DNA from: Williopsis jadinii | Taxonomy: Eukaryota | Direction: 5' to 3' | Length of the DNA: 64,000 nucleotides | Assembly: GCA_024346625.1 (NCBI GenBank) | Contig: AP024667.1 | Coordinates: forward strand, 186,001 to 250,000 | In this document: in pieces, positions 56,672 through 64,000 of the stretch | How the letters are laid out: each line of letters begins with the position of its first letter | Numbering within the stretch: position 1 is the first letter of the stretch | The notes under the pieces: model-generated | The model's database searches: none | What the model was told of the DNA's origin: nothing | What the model saw: the letters and a program-made list of their open reading frames with translations, nothing else | Made by a program: the position numbers and the translations under genes

Positions 56672-59600
56672 TCAGAAAAAGTTAGTCAGTACGTGGTCGT
56701 CAGTTAGATTTCTTTCGACGACACCATAAATTTCCATCAATAGATTTGGGAACTTCTTGTTGAAATATCTATAGAATCCATCTGGAAGTGGACTCATTTT
56801 CAATGTCAGATCTGGTGGCAGATCATTGAAGTGATGATATTTGTTTCTCAATGCTCTGAGCAGATCCATCACCCTGTCAGGATGATATTTCCTGTATTTC
56901 CCGAGATTATCCATGAAGGACTTTTCAAATTTACAGCACCAATCGTCAGCAATGACATCTGGTGCGATCTCCTCTAACTTCTGAAGTAGCTCACTAGGTG
57001 GATCTCTTTTCTCAATTTCAAATCTGTCACTTACTTTTAAAAGAAAGTCAAGCTTCTTTGCATCGTTCCAGAAAAAAGGGTGTTTCAGGACTTCATCAGT
57101 GCTTGGTCTAAGATTGGGATCTCTCGAAATCATCTTGGAAACGAGATCTTTCGCCTCGCAAACGTTGTCAGGCAAGAAATCAAGTGCACTCAAATCGTGC
57201 TCACCCTTTATAACATTGGCTTCTCTCATATAGCGATCACCGAAGGGATGGCCACCGTTTGTCAATATGTAAAAGAAAACACATCCAAGAGAAAATATAT
57301 CAATCGCTCTCGTCAACCGTCTTTTGGTTAAAGTGTCAAACACAATTGGCTCCGAAATAGACCTATGCGAGTTATGGGAGTGATCGCTTGAGAGTGAGTA
57401 TCCATTACTGGTATCGTCAACCAAAAGCTCAGGGGCTCTCCATCCAGAAGTACCAGCAGCATGCTGAGTGGTTGCTCTGAAAGAACTTTCATCAGCTTCG
57501 AGTCTTTTACACAGACCAAAATCGGAAATTAAAATCCTAACAGGTGTAAATGCTTCTTGACGCGTTTTCAGTTTCTTTGGAGGAGCAACCAGAATGTTTT
57601 GTGGTTTAATGTCTCTATGCACAATTTTCAATGAGTGCAAGTGATGAACACCATTAGTAACCTGCTCTAACACATTGACAGGGTTCATCAGCTTAACAAG
57701 ACCTGGATAGTCTATACTTCTTTCGATGACATCTTCCAAACTTGCAGAACATAGTTCCAGCGCAATGAACCAGAATTTGTCGTTAGTTTCGTTATAAAAA
57801 TATCTTATAACGTTTGGATGATCATCACTTTCTGTTAAAAGTCCAATCTCGCGAGATGCAACATCATAGAAGTCAATTAACATTCTCTTGACCGCAACAT
57901 CACGGCCCTGAAATACACCTTTAAACACCACTGTACCATAAGAACCATATCCCAGCACCTCGTCAGTGAGTATCAATTTATCAGACATTTGTGGAGAAGG
58001 CACCACGGTTTGGTTTTCACGTTTCGTCTGTACAGGGTCTTCAGGCTTTGAAGGGAGGTCAACTTCGGCTTTTGTTGGTTGTTGCAGGTTCTGATCTGTA
58101 CTTTTTAGCTCTGAACTCTTCTTTGACTTCTTTCCACCTCTCGATCCTCTTTTCCTTTTCTTTAACCCACTGCCACCATTTTCATGGGACACAAGATCTT
58201 CCACTGGTGGCTCGACAATGGTTACCTCCTTCTTTATTTTGCCTTCTTCCAAAGCTTGCGCCTGCGCATTGGTGTGAATAGTTGACGATAACAGAGTACC
58301 GTTTTCATTGGACTCTAAAATTTTCAATTCATCCTTGTCCTTTTCGTCGATTGGTTTAGTGTATTCTTCATCTGATCCATCGACTAAGTTTGTATTCTCA
58401 TTACCCCCCTGGAAAACTTCCACTTCAGGAGCAGATGTTACTTCATCAACAATAGGGACTTCAAGCTGTTTAAGTTCTAGTCCATTGTTTCTTAGGAGGA
58501 CATTTAGGGAGGGTAACCAATGCAACCTAACTGCAATTGATATCGATAAAATGAGCAGAGCAATCATCAACATATTTTCAAGACATCTGTAGAGGAAGTT
58601 TCCAAAAGCTGTATCAAAGAATCCAGCAGTATGCCTTGGAGAAGGTCCAATTTGAAGCAATGATATAGATGGTGAAGGGAGACCCATCCATTTTGATGAT
58701 GGGGAATAAACACCCAGTTCATTAGTTCTTGTAGCATCTGTATTGTGTTCCACTTTTGGGTATTGTTGGGGGAAATCTGTCGGGTAACCAGCAATAGCTA
58801 CCGTTGATGCAACGTTGTGTTCTGCATCAGTTGGGAGATGGACACCAATAATTGCCGAGTTAAAGTGATGTTTTGAATTGAGAACATGTGGTGATCTCCA
58901 ACGCTCACTCAACGAGTACCTTGAAGTTGGTGCAGAGTGTACCAAGGAAGGGTAGTATTCCGAAGACATCGCGTACCACGAACCATTCTGTGTCATATCG
59001 AGGTATACACCTTCATTTTTAAGTTCTGTGAAGCCTGCTGGTGGCTTTAGTGGATGTGGAACGATAATGTATGGGTTTTCGAAGGCATCGTTAAAGTCAT
59101 GCAGTATATCGAATACGTTGACAATATTGTAGGATAATTGGCTGACCCATTTAGCGACTTTAGAATGTATGTCGATCGCCAATAGAGTGCTATCGTGGAA
59201 AGGGGCAATGTATGTTCCATCTATAGGTATCTTGTTCTGCATAGCAAGGTCAATATCTATGTTATTTGGTCCCCATGTCGAGTAAGTGACGTTCCAAAAA
59301 GTGTTATCCTTTGAATGTATTGTGAGTTCGAATGTTGTCTTTCCAAGAACAAAACTGTTCGAATTATGCGACGTGTCGGGTGAACAAACATCCAATTGTG
59401 GGCTGCAAGAGCCATAAGTGGAGACCACTTCGCCTGTTGAAATATCAATTGTGTACAACGATGACTTTCTAAGCCCTGTATAGACCTTGTCGTCTCCGTT
59501 CAAGGCAAATGGACTTTTCAGAACAAGATGGCTTATTGACACAGGCAGCTTGTTGAGCCCAATTTCCTTGTTGAACATGTAAGATTACCATCCCCGTACG

Positions 59601-59989
59601 GTTCAACGATCCAAACTATCGAGTCATCGGACTCATTTTCATCACTCGAGGAATAGTTTGTTTCGACCGATACCAGCGGCTCCTCAACCTCAAGCGACCA
59701 TTTGATCTCTCCAGTGGATCTGTCCAGTGCATGTATACCTCCTCTATGTCTGTGGCAATGAGCGTCTCTGAAAGATGGAAATCGTGAATTGGTCTTCCGA
59801 AAATGGGCAGTTCCTTCTCGCTCTGCCGCTGTATGACTTCTTCCTGTGTTTCTCTTCATGAATCTTGGGTATTTCTCCTTGATCATCGGTCCGTTGTGAG
59901 ATAGAGAGTAGCCACCCGGGCGAGAACAATGCCAGCACCACTGATAATAGTGATACAACGATCAGCGTGAACTTACGCGATGGTTTCAT
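56672..59989 (-). CDS. IRE1: UPR sensor kinase/endoribonuclease Ire1; three apparent 1-nt deletions in the 5' part
   Basis: Signal peptide at 59989, lumenal LIATDIEGGIHALDR and IVEPYGDGNL, TM segment, KKRKRGSRGGKK, kinase HRDIKPQN/DFG, KEN domain DLLRALRNKYHH. Confidence 0.93.
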
Positions 59990-60716
59990 CTGGAATGAGT
60001 TGACTTATCGAACACCGCCTTGTCAAAACAATAACAACAGCAAGAACAACAACCCGGAAACTGCCGTGGTGGAACTGTATATAGCGGTATGTGTACACAA
60101 GCAGTAGGCGAGAAAGAGGGTATGAGATGGCTTGAAAGGTAGTTAGATTCACGAGCGTTTGGTTAGCTTCTTGCCTTGTATGTTTGTTGATGTTTTGCAA
60201 AGGAATCAAAGCTACAGATTTCTGTGGCATCTCTCGAAGGGCGAAGAACAACGAAGAAAAAAACAACACACACACACAACGAGTTCGCGAAAAAGGATTA
60301 TCACCGTAATCGGTACGGACAACAAATAGAACATGTCAAACCTGATGCCCATATAGGCACACACAATTATACAGAGCTGTACAGCTAGTCGCTAGCACGC
60401 ATAAAACAGCTACACGTTCATAACATTGCTAAAAGAACAAACAAACCCATAAAACTCATCATATTAGCATTTATCAACCCGAAAACGTGGGCAAATATAC
60501 AGTAACAACAACCAATCGTAGATATACAACAATCAAAATAGAACTTTATCCAGAAACCTCGTTTTTCACCATGCCTCAAATGATAGTACTGACGGGGACG
60601 CGCGCGAACCGGAGACCCGTCCTTGAAGTACCACTTTGACCGCAAGGGTGCTTCATGTACCTGTGAGATATTGTGCATGTCAGATCTAAAACGCCACAGG
60701 TACAATGGTATTTCGT

Positions 60717-61474
60717 TTAATCATCAGAAGTGCCATTGACGGCTCTGTACTCGACGATACCTCTGAGGATCTTTATACTTCCGAAGACCGGATCGTAGTG
60801 CATGCCGTCACTGATTCTAACATGTTTTGGCTTGTTCCTGTATTCACTTCCTGGTGTTGGCCAAGTGCATTTGAGCCCCAATCTCGCACATTCTATACAA
60901 CGAGGTCTCGTTTCACAACAACGTTTCTTTCTGTGACGGCAGGTGAGGCATCCCATACGACTTCTTCTCTTCACCTTCCCATTGCCTAGCGTGTCGTTTT
61001 TTTTATCTGCAAACTGCTTGGAATACGTATAGTCCGGAGAGTCGGAATGACCAGACAGGTCGATGATACCGATGGGTTTTTGAGAAACAGGTATAATCCG
61101 GACTCGAAGGCGATACTGATGTCACTGGAGATTGGGAGTTATGTGAGTGAGGAGGATATTGGTTGTGTTCTCTCGTGTTTTGTACTAGCCGTGGCGTTCT
61201 CAACACCAAAGGGCGGGAAGTCCATGGTGGAGGAACCACAGTTTGTTGGAAATCCGGGTTGGAGCCAGCCCGCAGGGGTTGCTTGTTCTCCTTGTAAAGG
61301 GTAATTGGAATTCATATTTGTACTCTCATAGAAACCCGTGGTTGGACTATGAAGAGGGGAAACATGGCTCTGGAGCTGTAGTTGACGCTGCTGGCGTTGC
61401 TGACATGATTCATTCTGATTGCTTGATGAAATTGCTTCTTGTGATAGAAATCTCTGATAGTTAATATTTTCCAT
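60717..61474 (-). CDS. Wor2-like protein with C-terminal Zn(II)2Cys6 domain; upstream part frameshifted
   Basis: KRRSRMGCLTCRHRKKRCCETRPRCIECARLGLKCTWP..GSIKILRGIVEYR resembles C. albicans Wor2; Q/S/P-rich N-terminal fragments from ATG 61474 lie in different frames. Confidence 0.7.
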
Positions 61475-64000
61475 TATGATGTATCAAACCTGGGCTTGAC
61501 ACAGTGATTTGTAACTTTAGTTGATGGTATCTATCTTAGTATCTCCCAACTTAGTATTGTGGGCAGCACTAGTGTTATTTTCTCTAAAGCGGATGTGACG
61601 TTTAATACACTCGTAACCAGCTCTTCTTCAACGCAGAATCTCTTATACCAAGACAACAGGCTTTGATAGATCTGAATAGAAGTGTTTTAAACGTGATGCT
61701 TCAAAGGAACAGAATCAAAAATCTTTGAAAAAGCAGACAAGAGAAATCATTCAAGGAAGACAAGTGGGCACTCTTATATATGTAAGAAGTATATCGCAAA
61801 TGCACTCGAATACCATGATTTGCTCTTCATGTTCGCATATGTACCTGTTGAGATATATGTAGGTTGTAACTCTCGCTAAGTCGCCCTCTTTACCTGTTGT
61901 TGGAAGCGAATACAAACTCAACTCATACGTTGCACTACGATACTGGTTGCAGAATGCAAATGCACAGGCCTACAAGCTCAAGAAAGTAAAAAGGGGTGGA
62001 ATCATAGTGCATGATGCACTTCAAGATGCTCACAACAATGTTGCATTACATTACGCTTCTCTCGGAGGAATAAAGTTCAGGTCTCAGGAAGGTTTGAAAA
62101 AAACCTCACATTTCAGGACACTTCTAGACGTCAAAGCGCTTATAAGCCACAAGGAAAACATCCTCCGCCGTATATCATGCCGAGTTAACTTTGTACAAAC
62201 AGCAGAGTAAAGCTTTTGCATTCAGTTCGACAGGTCGGCCGGGTCATTTACAAAATTGTCACAATGCAAGGACATATCTGAAGGTGCAGATAGACTATTT
62301 TTTGTGGGTTAAAGATTGTATCACTTTATACGGCGCTTTTCGCAACGTTGCTTTGATAACATCCTCTATGCTAATTAGCGTTACAGGGAATTCGAAGATC
62401 TCTCCATACCCGAGCAAGAGGACGGTGTTATACATATGTATCTATAGATTCCATATGGCCGATCATTGGTGGTAGTGTATGGACTGTAAGATCTCTTTCG
62501 CACCGAGACGTCGTGTGGTTCACGAGGTCTCCATGACCACACTGAATAAATACAGAAGAACCCTATCATCGGTTTAGCTTGGAAGATTTGGAATACCTGT
62601 AACCAACTGATGATTGCTTCTCGCAGTTGAAGACGTTGAGTGCCGTTAGACACGTCGGAAACTCTAACTGTCCCTCGCTCTGTGTAAATTAATTTGCGAC
62701 TGAAAAAATATTGGTAGGTCCTACGACAGCCCACACCTTAGTGAACGGGGTAGGACTAATATAATATGTGCGATGAGGTTTCAAACGGTTGGCCACTTTG
62801 TTATTAGTATGTCTGCTGATCAATTCAAGTGGTTAAGTCCCGACTTGTAAAACCTAATTCTAGTTTGATTCATATACGCGACGAAGACCCTGTGGTTCGT
62901 GTTAACGCCAAAATGATAAGCGCTAGATGGGGTCCAAATATCATCCTATCGTACGTTTGTCAAGACACATGAGTCCTGAAACGAGTGAATAGCCTATTCA
63001 AAATCGTAAGATGAATGCTTAATGATGTCTTGCGAATACGTAATGGTAGGACGTAATTGGAAAATCAACACGCCGACTTTACTGATGAGTTTCAATCAAT
63101 GACAGATGATGTTAAAACCAACCTTGAAGCAAACGTGGAATTAACCTTACCGCGTAAGCACGATGGCTTTCAGTCGTCACGGACCTAACTTCCGCGATAC
63201 AAGGGTAGAAGTTTGCCGTTAGCGCTTTCCACAGTTTGAGACACCAGGCGGTGTATATCTTCCGGATGTACGAGTGATCTGTTGCTTGAATTATGCCCAC
63301 AGCCTTCGAAAAACAATCAAAGTCACCGACAGCAACTGAAGTTTACAAGTTCTATCATATTTGGCCGACCGGAGAAACTCCTACCGATGTATAGACACGG
63401 AGATAAACGGCAAACCATCATCGCCATTTTCGGTGTATCCAAATTTAGGACTTGAAATCTCTTTTGAAAACCTTTTGTCCGCAAGCTTGTGAATTTTGCG
63501 CTTTTTTCTGCCTGGAGAATGTCTTACAGTTGTCAAATTGTCAGCCTAACTTTACATGGACATAATTGTTAACATGCACCTAGATTGTGATATAACTGGT
63601 TGCTGCTCAACACAGACAGTATTGCGAACGTTTTCGCAACGGACTTTCAAGACCCAGCAATCATGAAACAGTGGTGCTTGAAGGAGGTCGGGAATTATTA
63701 ACGGTCCAAACGGTGATCCATGTCAGAGACATGGAATATGCCTCCGAAAGATCGAACCACTTCGAAGCCTCGCCGACGAACAAAATTGATCGACTATATG
63801 GAACAGATACCATCTGGCTGGTCTATGTTTATAAACGCAGTTTGCGGTGCGTTCTTTCTAAAAAGGGCAATTGTTTGTCGCTTAGGACAAGTTGTGGTGT
63901 GGCTCATAACAATACTCTTGTCGTGGCATTCATAGTGTGGTGGTTAGTCCCTGGTAACTTGCACATTTGTTCACAGCACCGTGAAACCATGTACAAATCC

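Overview
A 64-kb window of a budding-yeast (Saccharomycotina) nuclear chromosome. CTG occupies conserved Leu positions (e.g. RVB1 AILLAG), so the standard code applies; the gene style is compatible with a Cyberlindnera/Wickerhamomyces-type yeast, but that is only an inference. About 30 protein genes are present, most of them orthologues of S. cerevisiae genes from the YLR108-146, YLR243-246 and YDR132-205 regions: CCW12-like, BTB protein, AHP1, RGP1, AVL9, a second peroxiredoxin, DPH6, RPL6, ACF2, SEC1, RRN5, PUT1, an Arg81-like Zn2Cys6 factor, an amino-acid permease, TRM82, SPE4, RMP1, CWC15, NBP2, ACL4, GIR2, ENT5-like, CPR1, a VBA-type MFS, UPS2, ERF2, MSC2, GPN3, HST4, RVB1, SLY1, IRE1 and a WOR2-like factor. 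Five spliceosomal introns missed by the ORF track were reconstructed (SEC1, SPE4, CPR1, ERF2, SLY1), and three of them carry clear RNA helices. Four genes (VBA-like MFS, HST4, IRE1, WOR2-like) are broken by apparent 1-nt homopolymer deletions that most likely reflect sequencing error. The best leads are the rod-like CPR1 intron, a hairpin masking a cryptic 3' splice site in SPE4, a candidate PUT1-regulator-permease proline cluster, and an AT-rich foreign-looking island in a 3.3-kb gene gap. No tRNA, rRNA, CRISPR array or intact transposon was recognised.
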